Under the pieces are notes generated by a model. The model was not told where the DNA came from. It ran no database searches and saw only the letters and a program-made list of their open reading frames with translations. Positions 48,605-58,687 of a DNA stretch of 64,000 nucleotides are shown here, one piece after another (positions within the stretch are counted from its first letter, which is position 1; the number at the start of each line of letters is the position of its first letter). Source of the stretch: Actinomycetes bacterium (lineage in GTDB: Bacteria; Actinomycetota; Thermoleophilia; BMS3ABIN01). The DNA is taken from the NCBI GenBank assembly GCA_021790115.1, contig JAJYIM010000001.1:23543-87542 (forward strand), written 5' to 3'. Position numbers and translations under genes: made by a program.

Positions 48605-48789
48605 GTCAAAATGGTTTCCGGTTTCCTGTCTTCAAAAAAATTACGATATTCCGCTAAGGCAAAATTAATTAGGAATCTTCCTCTCACAATTTAAATTGCT
48701 AACCATATAACCCACTCAGGAAGCTCGTGGATGGGGCTGAGCGAAGCGATATCCAACGGCAGTGCCATTCCGGCAGCTAATTCTCAATC

Positions 48790-48850
48790 ATTTTTGGTTT
48801 TCGATGGGTTTATCCACCATCCACGATCTACCATTGTCTGCTTCATGCCA
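48790..48850. repeat. heptamer-repeat intergenic element (family 1) copy
   Basis: Minus strand after the DUF1385 stop: TGA-TGGCATGAAGCAGACAATGGTAGATCGTGGATGGTGGATAAACCCATCGAAAACCAAAAATG. Confidence 0.5.
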
Positions 48851-49769
48851 TCACTTCCACTTCCGCCCTGCCGTCGTGATCCATTTCGATCGGCTCCGCC
48901 GCCGCCACCCCTTCCAAAGCGGCAATCGCAACCTCGATTTGGGAAAGATCGGGCTCACGCGTGGTTAGTTTCTGCAACAGGAGGCCTGGGAACATGACAA
49001 ACCGCATCAACTGGCTGTCCTTGTGCCTGCCTGCATATTTTATCACTTCGTAAGACAGGCCAACAATCAGCGGAATACCTAAAAGGCGAGATAATATCAA
49101 CCAAAGCAACCCCGGCACTCCCACGAATGAGAAGACGGCAATTGCCAGCACCATTACTATCAAAAGAAAGTTAGTTCCACAACGAGGATGAACGGGAGAA
49201 AACTTCTTCACGTTCTCGGGAACAAGCTCCAGCCCGGCTTCCAGCGCGTGGATGGTTTTATGCTCAGCGCCATGGTATTCAAAAACGCGCCGCAGCTGCT
49301 TGATGCGCGAAACTGCCCAAATATAGGCAATCAGGATGAGAATCCGCAGCAGGCCTTCCACCAGGACAAACAAGGATGAGTCTGGCAGCCAGCCGCGAAC
49401 CGACCGCACCACAAATAACGGCAACACCACAAACAAACCAACTGCCAAAATGACGCCGATGGCGATGCTGAGGCCCATCTCTTTCTTGGAGATGTCTTCT
49501 TCTGCCTCCCCCCTCGACTCGTTTGCCGACATCGCCAGTGCCCTCATGCCCAGTGAAAGTGATTCCCAAAGGCCGACAACGCCCCTGACGACTGGCAGCT
49601 TAAAATACCTGTGCCGATCTGCCAACGGATTTAATGGCTCGGAGTGAAGGCCGATGCCGTCATCGGGACGGCGCACTGCCAAGGACCAGTGCCGCTTGCC
49701 CCGCATCATCACGCCCTCAATTACCGCCTGGCCCCCCACCGAAGCCGACACATGCCTCTTTGCGCTCAA
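48843..49769 (-). CDS. DUF1385 (YqhQ-like) membrane protein
   Basis: GGQAVIEGVMMRGKRHWSLAVR is the conserved N-terminus, followed by 5-6 TM helices. 308 aa. Confidence 0.7.
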   Translation of the reverse strand: MSAKRHVSASVGGQAVIEGVMMRGKRHWSLAVRRPDDGIGLHSEPLNPLADRHRYFKLPVVRGVVGLWESLSLGMRALAMSANESRGEAEEDISKKEMGLSIAIGVILAVGLFVVLPLFVVRSVRGWLPDSSLFVLVEGLLRILILIAYIWAVSRIKQLRRVFEYHGAEHKTIHALEAGLELVPENVKKFSPVHPRCGTNFLLIVMVLAIAVFSFVGVPGLLWLILSRLLGIPLIVGLSYEVIKYAGRHKDSQLMRFVMFPGLLLQKLTTREPDLSQIEVAIAALEGVAAAEPIEMDHDGRAEVEVMA

Positions 49770-50533
49770 AGATCTCCCCTGCTGCTGTTCAGGCTCTTTC
49801 CCCAGTATTTTTCCATTTTGTCAACTTCCGCCTGGGTGTATTCCTCACCGCAGTACATTTTCCCCTCGCGGCACTTACGGAAAAGGCAATCCGGACCCGC
49901 CTTACGAAACAGCAGCGGCGCCGCCTCCATCACCAGCGACCGCATCCACCAGGCCAGCCGGTTTATCTCCCATTGGGCACGGCGGCAGCAACGCACCTGA
50001 AAAAAATGGCGCAACTCACGGGCGTTCATGGTTACAACAATCCTCGTCTCGGCCGCATTGGGCAGCACGAACCGGGCGTCCTCCTGGGCAGCCTCCTTGC
50101 CCAGTCCCTGCTCCGCGCCAAGCTCGGCCAGGCGCTCGTAAGCGCTCACGGCGCCGGCTATTGCCTCCTTGAAAATTGCCAGCGCCTTTTCATTTTCGGC
50201 GATCCGGGGTGGAATAATAAATCCTTCTTCATCTGAAAAATGCACATAGCGCTGTGACTGCTGGCTGTAAGAAGCCAGGCGGTGACGGACAAGCTGATGC
50301 GAGCAAGCGCGCGATATGCCATCGATGCCAAAAGTAAACCCGGCGTGCTCAAGCGTGCTTAGATGACCCGAGTTAATCAGGATTTTCAAAAGCCGCGCCA
50401 CCTCGTCTGCGGTCATGCTTTCCTTGAGGCTGGCAGCAGTTAAAGGCGAATAGCAAAGCCTGCCGGCAGCGGCAACCGTCCGCTCCGGGTCCGGGGTGTG
50501 CGAGAGCAGAACGACGTTTAGGCGGGCAGGCAC
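49766..50533 (-). CDS. thyX: FAD-dependent thymidylate synthase ThyX
   Basis: RHRLASYSQQSQRY is the ThyX signature RHRxxSxxxxSxR. 255 aa. Confidence 0.9.
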   Translation of the reverse strand: MPARLNVVLLSHTPDPERTVAAAGRLCYSPLTAASLKESMTADEVARLLKILINSGHLSTLEHAGFTFGIDGISRACSHQLVRHRLASYSQQSQRYVHFSDEEGFIIPPRIAENEKALAIFKEAIAGAVSAYERLAELGAEQGLGKEAAQEDARFVLPNAAETRIVVTMNARELRHFFQVRCCRRAQWEINRLAWWMRSLVMEAAPLLFRKAGPDCLFRKCREGKMYCGEEYTQAEVDKMEKYWGKSLNSSRGDL

Positions 50534-50545
50534 CGGCGGGACCGG

Positions 50546-50758
50546 CTACTTTGGGGTTTGCCTCTTGGCGTACTTGCGTTTGAAGCGCTCCACGCGGCCG
50601 CCGGTGTCAACCAGCTTGCGCTTGCCGGTGTAAAACGGATGACACTTGGCGCAGATTTCAACGTGGATCTCTGGCACCGTCGAGCGGGTTGTAAACTCAT
50701 CCCCGCAGGAACAGCGAACCTTGGTTTCCATATACTTTGGATGGATATCCTTCTTCAT
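50546..50758 (-). CDS. rpmE: 50S ribosomal protein L31
   Basis: [48 protein letters not shown], from the internal ATG (codon 22 of the track ORF). Confidence 0.9.
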   Translation of the reverse strand: MKKDIHPKYMETKVRCSCGDEFTTRSTVPEIHVEICAKCHPFYTGKRKLVDTGGRVERFKRKYAKRQTPK

Positions 50759-50922
50759 TTTCCCTCTCAATTTTAAGTGACAAGAAATAATAACAAAAAC
50801 CGGACTCCGGATGCTAGACACTGGATGGCGGATAAACCCAAATCTCCAAATTTCTAATATCTTCCCGTTGAGGCTGAGCCGGCCATCCCACCTTTGTTTG
50901 TTTCTGCTATCCTGAAAATACG

Positions 50923-51522
50923 ATGAAAAAAATGCATATTATGATTATTGCCACGGTTGTCGCGGTGCTGGGGGCAGCATTTTTTGCCCTGGTGCTTATC
51001 CACGGGCACTCCCGCGATCAATCCTGGGCAGAAGGTCTAGTGCAGAACGCTGAGTCCTTGAGGCTCTCGGCGTCAGACAAGCTTAGCAAGGCGGCGCTTG
51101 CCATTGACAAGCTGGTCGAGGGCGCCGCGGCCGGCGATGCCCTGCCGGTAAACCAGACCAAGACAACCGCTGAATCAGCCGTCTCGGACCTGTCATCGGC
51201 CCGCGACGACCTCTCGCAAAGGGCGGCAGACCTGGATGAAGCAACAAAACTTAACCTCAACGGCAACTTCCGGCATTACCTGGCGCTGCTTAAATCAGAC
51301 AATGACAAGCTTGAGGAAGCCATGGCTGCGGCTCAGCAAATTACGGCGCTGCTTCAAACTGAGCAGTATTCGCTGGCGGGTTGGGACCAGGCCCAGGCGC
51401 AAAAGACAGTCGCGCGGGTCCACTCCATGGAAGCCAGCATGGATAAACTGTTTGGCGACTCTGAAGCCCTGTACAACCAGGCAGCACAGCTAAAAAAGGA
51501 CCATCCCGACGATTTTGGCTAG
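50923..51522 (+). CDS. membrane-anchored coiled-coil protein, hypothetical
   Basis: N-terminal TM ([20 protein letters not shown]), then Ala/Leu/Gln-rich helices. 199 aa. Confidence 0.5.
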   Translation: MKKMHIMIIATVVAVLGAAFFALVLIHGHSRDQSWAEGLVQNAESLRLSASDKLSKAALAIDKLVEGAAAGDALPVNQTKTTAESAVSDLSSARDDLSQRAADLDEATKLNLNGNFRHYLALLKSDNDKLEEAMAAAQQITALLQTEQYSLAGWDQAQAQKTVARVHSMEASMDKLFGDSEALYNQAAQLKKDHPDDFG

Positions 51523-51653
51523 CCAGCGATTCAAATCAAACCCTTGCCCCGCCAAAATGCGGTGTCTAAAATACTGCTAATGTGAGATTTGAAATTATCA
51601 CCTGAACGCTGGATATTGAACGATCCAAAGTCCAATATCCAAACTCGGTTATC

Positions 51654-51731
51654 GGGCGATTAGCTCAGCTGGTTAGAGTGCTGCCCTCACATGGCAGAGG
51701 TCACTGGTTCGAGTCCAGTATCGCCCACCAA
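51654..51731 (+). tRNA. tRNA-Val (anticodon CAC), CCA encoded
   Basis: Manual cloverleaf: GGGCGAT/ATCGCCC acceptor, GCTC-AGCTGGTTA-GAGT D arm, CTGCC-CTCACAT-GGCAG anticodon arm, TTCGAGT T-loop, then ACCA. Confidence 0.88.
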
Positions 51732-51788
51732 ACTCGTCTTATTGGAACTTTTCGAGAGTAGTGGAGTTACCTCGTTTCTGTTGACACT

Positions 51789-52148
51789 TTAGTATTGCCC
51801 AACAGCTTCTACCGGAGCTTCCTCGAGCATTCTTTCATACTCTGCCGGACTCCGGTGTCCCAATGCAGAATGCCGCCTCAGTGGATTGTGGAATCCTTCG
51901 ATATATCTGAACACCGCCAGCCTGGCTTCATCCTTGGTTTTGAAGCGCCTGCGGTGGATGAGTCCGGTCTTGATCGTCCCCATCATCGACTCAGCGGCGG
52001 CGTTGTCACAAGCAACTCCTCGGCTTCCCCTCGAGGCCATGATGCCTGAGCCCTGAAGCGTTTTGCCAAAGACAAGGCTGCGGTATTGGCCGCCCCTGAC
52101 TGAGTGATGAACGTGGCCCGGCCCTGGCTTCCTCATTGTGGCCGCCAT
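51789..52148 (-). pseudogene. IS3-family transposase (OrfB integrase core) 5'-truncated remnant
   Basis: ...HSVRGGQYRSLVFGKTLQGSGIMASRGSRGVACDNAAAESMMGTIKTGLIHRRRFKTKDEARLAVFRYIEGFHNPLRRHSALGHRSPAEYE is the C-terminal half of an rve/DDE integrase. The N-terminal half and OrfA are absent. Confidence 0.7.
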
Positions 52149-52254
52149 TCCCAGGGCGGTTCAACCAGCTATGCGTATGGACAGTTCATCAAGAACGAAT
52201 TCGAGAACTCCGCTTGTGCATCTCAATCAGACTCTTTGCCGCTCAGCTCGAACT

Positions 52255-53403
52255 CTATAGATCATCAAGCAAGCCGGGCAATGCCAGCGCGTATATCTTT
52301 TTCTCAAGCTGAAAGGTCTCTTCACCGGCATGCACGACGTATAGCCGCTGCAGCTTTAAATCTTTAAGAGCGTGGCGCATTGAGGGCGTCACGCGGGGCG
52401 AGCTTGTCAATTTGACTTCATAGCCCATTTTCTTTCTGCCCCTGACTACCAGCAGATCCAGTTCCGCGCCGGCATGCGTCGCCCAGAAAAAACACTCCTC
52501 CCTGGCAAATCCCTGCCGGGAAACAAGCTGCTCGATAACGAACCCCTCCCATGAGGAGCCGATCTTCGGGTGGCGTTCCAGATCGTCGCGGTTTTTTATG
52601 CCAAGCAATGCGTGCAGCAGTCCGCTGTCGGCAATATAAATCTTGGGCGCCTTGACCTGGCGTTTCGATATGTTCTCATGCCAGGGCAGCAGTTGTCTTG
52701 CAACAAGCGCTGAGGACAGTAAATCCAGGTAGTTGCGAACGGTTGTATCGGCTGCCCCAAAAGACCGGCCGAACTCGGAGGCGTTCCATACCTGCCCGTG
52801 ATAATGAGCCAGCATGCTCCAGAACCGGTGCAAGGTAGTTGAGCGAATGGTAATCCCCAACTGCGGCAGGTCCCTTTCGAGAAAGGTGCGGATAAATCCG
52901 CGGCGCCACTCATCGCTTCCCGTATTTGATGAGGCAAGGTATGACCTTGGGAATCCGCCTCTCAGCCACAGCCGCCGGTAGTTCTCAATTCCGACCTCAT
53001 CCAGAGAGAATCCCTTGAGTTCGTGATAAACAATGCGGCCCGCCAGCGATTCGGAGCTCTGGCGAAGAAGTTCGGGAGAAGCGCTGCCCAGCACCAAAAA
53101 GCGCGCCGATGCTCTCGGACTGTCCACAAGCACCCTGAGAACCGGGAAAAGTTCGGGAAGCCTTTGTATCTCATCAATGACCACGAGCCCCTTTAAACCT
53201 TTAAGGGCAAGCATCGGGTCGGCGAGTCGCGCCAGATCCTCCGGGTTCTCCAGGTCAAAATAATTGGCAACGCCGGGTGTTCGTTTTAGGATGGAACGCG
53301 CCAGCGTTGTTTTCCCCACCTGGCGGGCGCCGATGATTCTGACAACTCGGTGGCGTTTCAAGAGCGCAGTAAGCTTATTTAATTCGCGTTGTCTTGCTAT
53401 CAT
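52255..53403 (-). CDS. AAA ATPase with DUF4143 C-terminal domain
   Basis: VVRIIGARQVGKTTL (Walker A). ATPase PF13173 plus DUF4143 architecture. 382 aa. Confidence 0.8.
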   Translation of the reverse strand: MIARQRELNKLTALLKRHRVVRIIGARQVGKTTLARSILKRTPGVANYFDLENPEDLARLADPMLALKGLKGLVVIDEIQRLPELFPVLRVLVDSPRASARFLVLGSASPELLRQSSESLAGRIVYHELKGFSLDEVGIENYRRLWLRGGFPRSYLASSNTGSDEWRRGFIRTFLERDLPQLGITIRSTTLHRFWSMLAHYHGQVWNASEFGRSFGAADTTVRNYLDLLSSALVARQLLPWHENISKRQVKAPKIYIADSGLLHALLGIKNRDDLERHPKIGSSWEGFVIEQLVSRQGFAREECFFWATHAGAELDLLVVRGRKKMGYEVKLTSSPRVTPSMRHALKDLKLQRLYVVHAGEETFQLEKKIYALALPGLLDDL

Positions 53404-53786
53404 TTGGTCAAATATACATTGAAATCTCGGTTATTGTAACAGAAATATCAATGTTTGTGAATGTATCGACGTAAGCGGGACACGCATTGCTTGGGGCACG
53501 AAACAAGAACAGTGAGCTATACTCCATTCTGGTGTATGACACCATCCTGATCAAGCGGTTCACTTGCCGTAAGAGAAAAGGCCCTGGGCCCCGACCACCC
53601 CAATACGGCCCAAAGCCCAAACAACCTGGCGGGGCTGCTTTTAAGAGCAAGGGCGACTACGCCGGCGCCGAGCCCCTCGCCGCCGGGCGCTTGCCATTCT
53701 GGAAAAGAATTTGGGGGAGTTACATCCGGATACGAAAATTGTGAGGCATAAGCTCGAATCCCTAAGGGGCCGACCAAATCTCACAA

Positions 53787-54290
53787 TCAGATTTCATTAA
53801 AATTGCGCAATCCCCATCCGGGCGGCAACCCGGCGGCGTCGAGCGCAAACTTCTCCTCGCGCGGACCGACGAAGTCGATGATCACGCGGATCTCCGTGTA
53901 TTTCCTGATTGCCTGGCGCGCGAATACCAGCAGGCAGGCGAGCGGGCTCATGTTCATGCTCCATTCCTGCCGGGCCAGTCTTTCCATGGCGAAGACGAAC
54001 GCCTCCTGAACCATGTCCTCGGCGCCGGCGTCCTGCGGCTCCCGGGGGCAGTTATCCCTAACGTAACCGAGCAGGGCGTCATGGTATTTGGAGTAGCAGG
54101 ATTCAAACAGGAGCTGGCGCTCGTCAAAATCCAGCTCCTGTCCGCGGCGCAGCTTTGCCAGCGCGCTACGCAACTGATCATTCTTGATACCTGTGAGCGC
54201 TTGCCTCTTCATGCCCTGGATGTGACAATCCCTGAAACCGGGTATCTTCATAAACGTGAGCGGATCCGCTCCAGAATTCCTTTGACCCAT
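53787..54290 (-). CDS. sigma-70 region-2-like protein lacking region 4 (likely truncated ECF sigma)
   Basis: ...YHDALLGYVRDNCPREPQDAGAEDMVQEAFVFAMERLARQEW...LLVFARQAIRKYTEIRV resembles ECF sigma region 2. Confidence 0.4.
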   Translation of the reverse strand: MGQRNSGADPLTFMKIPGFRDCHIQGMKRQALTGIKNDQLRSALAKLRRGQELDFDERQLLFESCYSKYHDALLGYVRDNCPREPQDAGAEDMVQEAFVFAMERLARQEWSMNMSPLACLLVFARQAIRKYTEIRVIIDFVGPREEKFALDAAGLPPGWGLRNFNEI

Positions 54291-54574
54291 TCTTCCTCAT
54301 TGACATAATTATGGTTTTTTGACGTTTGGTACGCTTCCTCGGCCAAGGGCAGCGCTTCCCGTGGCCGGTCCAGCTCATCATTCAGCAATATCGCTTGATT
54401 TGTCAAGGAATAGACCAGGGATTGCGGTATCCCCGGCTCGCGGCAGATGCGCTCCTGTTCCTTGTGGAGGGCCATGGCCCCGTCCAGGTCGCCGCGGTCC
54501 TTGAGGATAAGCCCCTGGCTTCCCTGTTTTTCAATCTTTATTTTCCCCGCGACTGCGATTTCGATGATAAGCAT
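54248..54574 (-). CDS. TPR-repeat fragment
   Basis: ...ALPLAEEAYQTSKNHNYVNEEEW... is short and overlaps the sigma-like ORF. Probably a decayed gene. Confidence 0.3.
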   Translation of the reverse strand: MLIIEIAVAGKIKIEKQGSQGLILKDRGDLDGAMALHKEQERICREPGIPQSLVYSLTNQAILLNDELDRPREALPLAEEAYQTSKNHNYVNEEEWVKGILERIRSRL

Positions 54575-54714
54575 GTGGCCGACATGGCCTACGCGGCGAC
54601 GGCAGACCTGATTGCTGCTGCCCGCGCTGGTTCCGGCTGAAAAGCGGCCGCAGCCATGGGCGGTTCTGCCCAGGATATATTGAAATAATTTATCAGTTAT
54701 GATATTTTATTGCT

Positions 54715-55350
54715 ATGAAATGGGAATCATTACTGGAGATTGCCGGCGACGAACCTGTTTTTTCTTCCGGCCTGCTCCTTTCCGGAAATGAGTCTACCGG
54801 CCAAGTGCGGCTGCAGCTATCGCGCTGGGTACGGGCGGGCCGCCTGATTCAGCTCAGACGCGGCCTCTACGCCCTGGCGCCGGCCTGGCGCAAGATTGAG
54901 CCCCATCCCTTTCTGATCGCCAACCGGCTTCAGCGCGGCTCATACGTGAGTCTGCAATCAGCACTTGCATACCACGGCATCATACCGGAGCATGTGCCGG
55001 TCGCAACCAGCGTTGGGCCGGGCCGTCCCGGGACGCTGAGAAATCCTCTTGGCACTTATCAATTCAGGCACCTGGCTTATGGGATGCTCTTTGGCTATGC
55101 GCGGGTTGAAGTTGCCGCAACCCAATTTGTCTTTATCGCCTCGGCGGAGAAGGCGTTGCTGGACCTGGTATATCTGACGCCGGGCGCGGATTCACCGGAC
55201 TACCTTGGCGAGCTGCGCCTGCGAAATGACGGGGTAATGGATAGGCGTCTGCTCAAGGCGCTGGCGCAACGCAGCGGCAGGCCCAAACTTGTCCGGGCCG
55301 CCCGGACAGTCATGGCGCTCCTGGCGGGAAAGGAAGGAAAACCTTTATGA
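54715..55350 (+). CDS. abiEi: type IV toxin-antitoxin system AbiEi-family antitoxin/transcriptional regulator
   Basis: SGLLLSGNESTGQVRLQLSRWVRAGRLIQLRRGLYA is the AbiEi_4 N-terminal wHTH. 211 aa. Overlaps the next gene by 4 nt. Confidence 0.8.
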   Translation: MKWESLLEIAGDEPVFSSGLLLSGNESTGQVRLQLSRWVRAGRLIQLRRGLYALAPAWRKIEPHPFLIANRLQRGSYVSLQSALAYHGIIPEHVPVATSVGPGRPGTLRNPLGTYQFRHLAYGMLFGYARVEVAATQFVFIASAEKALLDLVYLTPGADSPDYLGELRLRNDGVMDRRLLKALAQRSGRPKLVRAARTVMALLAGKEGKPL

Positions 55351-56159
55351 AAGAGTATCTCCGGCAACTGATGCGACAGGAGGCTGGTGGCCTTATCCGC
55401 GAATATCTTGTGCGTGAATACCTGCAGGCGAGGATACTTGAGTCCCTGCAGGATCATGGGGTCTTCCTGCGGTGGGCCTTCCTTGGGGGAACAGCCCTGC
55501 GTTTCCTGTATTCCATCCCCCGTTTTTCAGAAGACCTTGATTTTTCGCTCATCACTGCCGGTGAGGAAACGCGTTTCGGGGAGGTGATGGCTAAAGTGAA
55601 ACGCACGCTGGAGCGCGAAGGTTACCAACTGGAGATCAAGGTCAGAGGCGGAAAGACGGTCGCCTCGGCAATGGTCGGGTTTACCGGGCTGCTTTATGAG
55701 CTTGGCCTCTCGCCACATGTGCACCAGAAACTTTCCGTCAGGATAGAGGTGGATACAAACCCGCCCGCGGTGGCGGTGCTTGAGACAACCATTGTTCGCC
55801 GCCACGTGACGCTCAACCTTTGCCATTACGACAGAGCCTCTCTGCTGGCGGGAAAGCTGCACGCAGTATTTGGCAGGCCCTGGACAAAAGGCCGTGATCT
55901 TTTCGATCTGGCCTGGTATCTCGCCGAACGGACCTGGCCGGGGCCGAATCTTGCGTTGCTCAATGCGGCCCTGTCACAAACAGGCTGGACCGGGCCGGCC
56001 ATGACGGCGGCCAACTGGCGCCGGCAGGCATGGAAGCGGCTAGCTTCCTTGGACTGGGAGCGGGCCCGTGAGGATGTTCGGCCGTTTCTGGAGCGAGAAC
56101 GCGACCTCGATCTTGTGAGCGCCGAAACGCTTGGCCAGTTGCTGCTTGAGGCAGGATGA
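55347..56159 (+). CDS. abiEii: AbiEii/AbiGii nucleotidyltransferase toxin (DUF1814)
   Basis: FLGGTALRFLYSIPRFSEDLDFS is the canonical DUF1814 NTase motif. 270 aa. Confidence 0.85.
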   Translation: MKEYLRQLMRQEAGGLIREYLVREYLQARILESLQDHGVFLRWAFLGGTALRFLYSIPRFSEDLDFSLITAGEETRFGEVMAKVKRTLEREGYQLEIKVRGGKTVASAMVGFTGLLYELGLSPHVHQKLSVRIEVDTNPPAVAVLETTIVRRHVTLNLCHYDRASLLAGKLHAVFGRPWTKGRDLFDLAWYLAERTWPGPNLALLNAALSQTGWTGPAMTAANWRRQAWKRLASLDWERAREDVRPFLERERDLDLVSAETLGQLLLEAG

Positions 56160-56268
56160 GAATTTTTCTTTCCGACGATGCAATTGGTTTCAACCCGGTT
56201 CAGTTGTACAAATATCTAACTTAGATTTTCTTTCTTTTCCTTTCCTGGTAATTAACTAAAAAACGACG

Positions 56269-56574
56269 TTGACAATTTTAACATTGTGCAGTAAGATTTG
56301 TAAGAATATCTTTACGTCCACGGGTTCGATTTTGGAAAAAGGCAACTGCAAAAAACAAAGGATCGTTTACGGCGTAGTCACCGTCAGCGCTAAGGGTCAA
56401 ATCGCCATCCCCGTGCCGCTCCGCACTGATCTTGACATAAAACAGGGCGACCAGCTGTTTCTGCTTAAACGGAAAGACGAAGCTGGTTTCGTGGCCGTCA
56501 AGCTGGAGGAGATCGACAGCCTTATGCATCAGATCCAGGCAGATGATGATTTTTTAAACAAGGGAAGGAAGTGA
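56269..56574 (+). CDS. AbrB/MazE/SpoVT family DNA-binding protein
   Basis: VTVSAKGQIAIPVPLRTDLDIKQGDQLFLL is a swapped-hairpin AbrB domain. The real start may be TTG at ~56332. Confidence 0.6.
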   Translation: MTILTLCSKICKNIFTSTGSILEKGNCKKQRIVYGVVTVSAKGQIAIPVPLRTDLDIKQGDQLFLLKRKDEAGFVAVKLEEIDSLMHQIQADDDFLNKGRK

Positions 56575-56617
56575 ACCAATAAGCAAAATTAACAGAGAGT
56601 GGCATCTGGCAAACATA

Positions 56618-57256
56618 ATGCCAAAGAATCCCTCCCATGAGCAGCGGATGCAATGGCACGCCGAGCACCTTCGACATTGCCATTGCCATCCGGTTTCCCC
56701 AAAGCTGCAAAAAGAACTGGACGAATTTTTAAATGAACAAAATTCTGCAGCAACTTAACGGCGGCGATTTGAGGTCAGACGGCAAAGCCAATGAGGTCGC
56801 TACGCAGATAATTGAGAGGCCCGAACTGCTTGCTGACCTAATGGAAGGTTTTGATTCAGACAACGAAATGATCAGGATGAGAACCGCCCATGCCGTTGAG
56901 GTTATCTCCAGAAAAAATGGGCAGCTGCTGGAAAGTTCCAAGTCAAAGCTCATTGACCACGCAGGAAATGACCCCCTCCCCGAGACCAGATGGCACCTGG
57001 CCCAGATTTTCGGCAACCTGCCGCTCTCTGACAGGGAAACAGAGACTGTGCTACCGATACTTTACGGCTATCTGAAGGACGGCACGATTTTGGTCAGATC
57101 CTGAACTATTGTGGGACTGGCAAATATCGCCAATCAAAATGCTCGCTTTAGACAGGAAATCCGGCAAAAAATAGCTGAACATGAAGATGACAAAAGCCCG
57201 GCGGTCAGAAACAGGGTGCGGCAGGCTTTGTCCGATCTTAAGTCCAGCGGGTCCTG
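56618..57256 (+). pseudogene. DNA alkylation repair enzyme-like (HEAT-repeat) gene broken into three pieces (frameshift near 56740 and in-frame TGA at 57102)
   Basis: Piece 1, 56618-56758: MPKNPSHEQRMQWHAEHLRHCHCH...LDEFLNEQNSAAT. Piece 2, 56733-57104: MNKILQQLNGG...KDGTILVRS. TGA follows, and the same frame continues: TIVGLANIANQNARFRQEIRQKIAEHEDDKSPAVRNRVRQALSDLKSSGS. Confidence 0.45.
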
Positions 57257-57326
57257 AGCCATAATATTGACCAAAAGATATTAAAGTGTTATTTAGTTAA
57301 AGCAACATTAAGAAAGGAGGTAAAAA

Positions 57327-57464
57327 ATGGCAACATGCAAAGAGTGCAAACATTACCAGCCGGTTGACGAGAGCCAGGGTGACTGTTTTGGTCATCAGGT
57401 GCCGGCGGACCGGGACGTGGGCCAGTGCCCCGCAAGTGCCTTTGAGCCTAAAGAGAGGCCTTAG
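57327..57464 (+). CDS. small Cys-rich peptide (45 aa), CxxC...C...C
   Basis: AAGGAGG lies 8 nt before ATG 57327. MATCKECKHYQPVDESQGDCFGHQVPADRDVGQCPASAFEPKERP. Too short for the ORF track. Confidence 0.45.
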   Translation: MATCKECKHYQPVDESQGDCFGHQVPADRDVGQCPASAFEPKERP

Positions 57465-57484
57465 TTATAATGACCAAAATATAA

Positions 57485-58528
57485 ATGAAGCAAGTTTTCA
57501 AGTCATTTGACAACTGCCCCGCCCTGGACGGATACCATTGCCAGACGAATTCACTGGCCAAGATATTTCATCACGCCGGTCATCCCTTATCAGAGGACAT
57601 GATTCTGGGCCTTGGAGCCGGGATGGGCTTCATTTACTGGCAGATGAAAATTGGCGGGACAGATTCAGTCTTTATCGGCGGCCGGGGCAACACGAAGGAT
57701 TTCTTTGGTGACTTGGGCAAAAGGACGGGCGTAAAGATCGAAACGGTCTCGACCTCGAGCGCCAAAAAGGCAGAGGCAGCCCTGTTGGAGAAGCTGAAAA
57801 ATCAAGAGCCAGTCATGCTTTTTGGCGACATGGGCTTTTTGCCCTGGTTTGAGTTTCCGGTTGAATATCATTTTGGCGGCCACACCTTCGTTGTCTGCGG
57901 TTATGACGGCAAGGACACTGCCTTGGCATCCGATATGGACCAAGCGGCGGCGGGGCTAAAGCAGGGATTCTATTATCCTGTCACCTTGGAACAACTTGCT
58001 AAAGCGCGGGGTTCAACCTTCAAGCCGTTTCCGCCCAAAAACGTGATGCTGGAGTTTGATTTCAGAAGCTTCCATAAGCCGCGCCCGGCAGACATCATTT
58101 CTGCCATAATGCAAACGGCAGAGTCTCAGCTCAACCCTCCCATAAAGAACATTGGCGTCAAGGGGCTCAGGCATACGGCCAAAATGATCGCCAAGTGGCC
58201 CGATTTGTTTGATGATCATACTCTGAGAATGAACCTCTTCCTGCTGTATATATTCTTTGAGATCGGCGGCACCGGCGGCGGCTGTTTCCGCTACATGTAC
58301 GCCAGATTCTTAAAAGAGGCGCAGCGGATAACCGGGAACAAAGAGCTGGGCGAGGCCGCGAAAATATTCTCGGAGTCAGGCAGGAAATTTACCGAAATCG
58401 GGCTGATGTTCAAGGACGCCGAGACCATCAGCGATCCCGCAAAAAAGATACTGGAAGCTTCGCAAGGATTTTCTCTGGTTGCTGACCTGGAAGAGCGAGC
58501 ATATACTTGTCTATTAGAGACTGTTTGA
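57485..58528 (+). CDS. BtrH N-terminal domain (papain/C39-like fold) + DUF4872 protein
   Basis: 347 aa. N-terminal FDNCPALDGYHCQTNSLAKIF... is typical of the BtrH_N family (butirosin acyltransferase-like cysteine hydrolase fold). Confidence 0.65.
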   Translation: MKQVFKSFDNCPALDGYHCQTNSLAKIFHHAGHPLSEDMILGLGAGMGFIYWQMKIGGTDSVFIGGRGNTKDFFGDLGKRTGVKIETVSTSSAKKAEAALLEKLKNQEPVMLFGDMGFLPWFEFPVEYHFGGHTFVVCGYDGKDTALASDMDQAAAGLKQGFYYPVTLEQLAKARGSTFKPFPPKNVMLEFDFRSFHKPRPADIISAIMQTAESQLNPPIKNIGVKGLRHTAKMIAKWPDLFDDHTLRMNLFLLYIFFEIGGTGGGCFRYMYARFLKEAQRITGNKELGEAAKIFSESGRKFTEIGLMFKDAETISDPAKKILEASQGFSLVADLEERAYTCLLETV

Positions 58529-58549
58529 CATAAACACAGGAGCGCTACA

Positions 58550-58687
58550 ATGGTCACTCCCCTGGACCGGTGCGTGCTTTATGTATTTCGCTGCGCCAAT
58601 TATTATGCCGCACACAAGAGGCACGACCCGGAGTTGCTTAAATGGTGGAACTGGAAAGACGAGAAGATGCAAAACGATAAGGACTGA
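58550..58687 (+). CDS. small ORF (45 aa), hypothetical
   Basis: AGGAG lies 7 nt before the ATG. MVTPLDRCVLYVFRCANYYAAHKRHDPELLKWWNWKDEKMQNDKD. Confidence 0.3.
   Translation: MVTPLDRCVLYVFRCANYYAAHKRHDPELLKWWNWKDEKMQNDKD

Noticed and set aside
53487-53777. Overlapping 85-86-aa ORFs on both strands in the 53403-53787 spacer.
   Set aside because: No RBS, mutual overlap, and low-complexity translations. This is probably non-coding island DNA.
57102-57104. In-frame TGA as a selenocysteine codon.
   Set aside because: The protein family (HEAT-repeat alkylation repair-like) is not a known selenoprotein. No SECIS-like hairpin follows immediately. An additional frameshift in the same gene points to pseudogenisation.
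58525-58552. TTGACA at 58525 as a promoter for the 58550 small ORF.
   Set aside because: The only -10-like hexamer (TACAAT) overlaps the ATG, so the transcript would lack the AGGAG RBS. More likely the ORF is co-transcribed with the BtrH_N gene.
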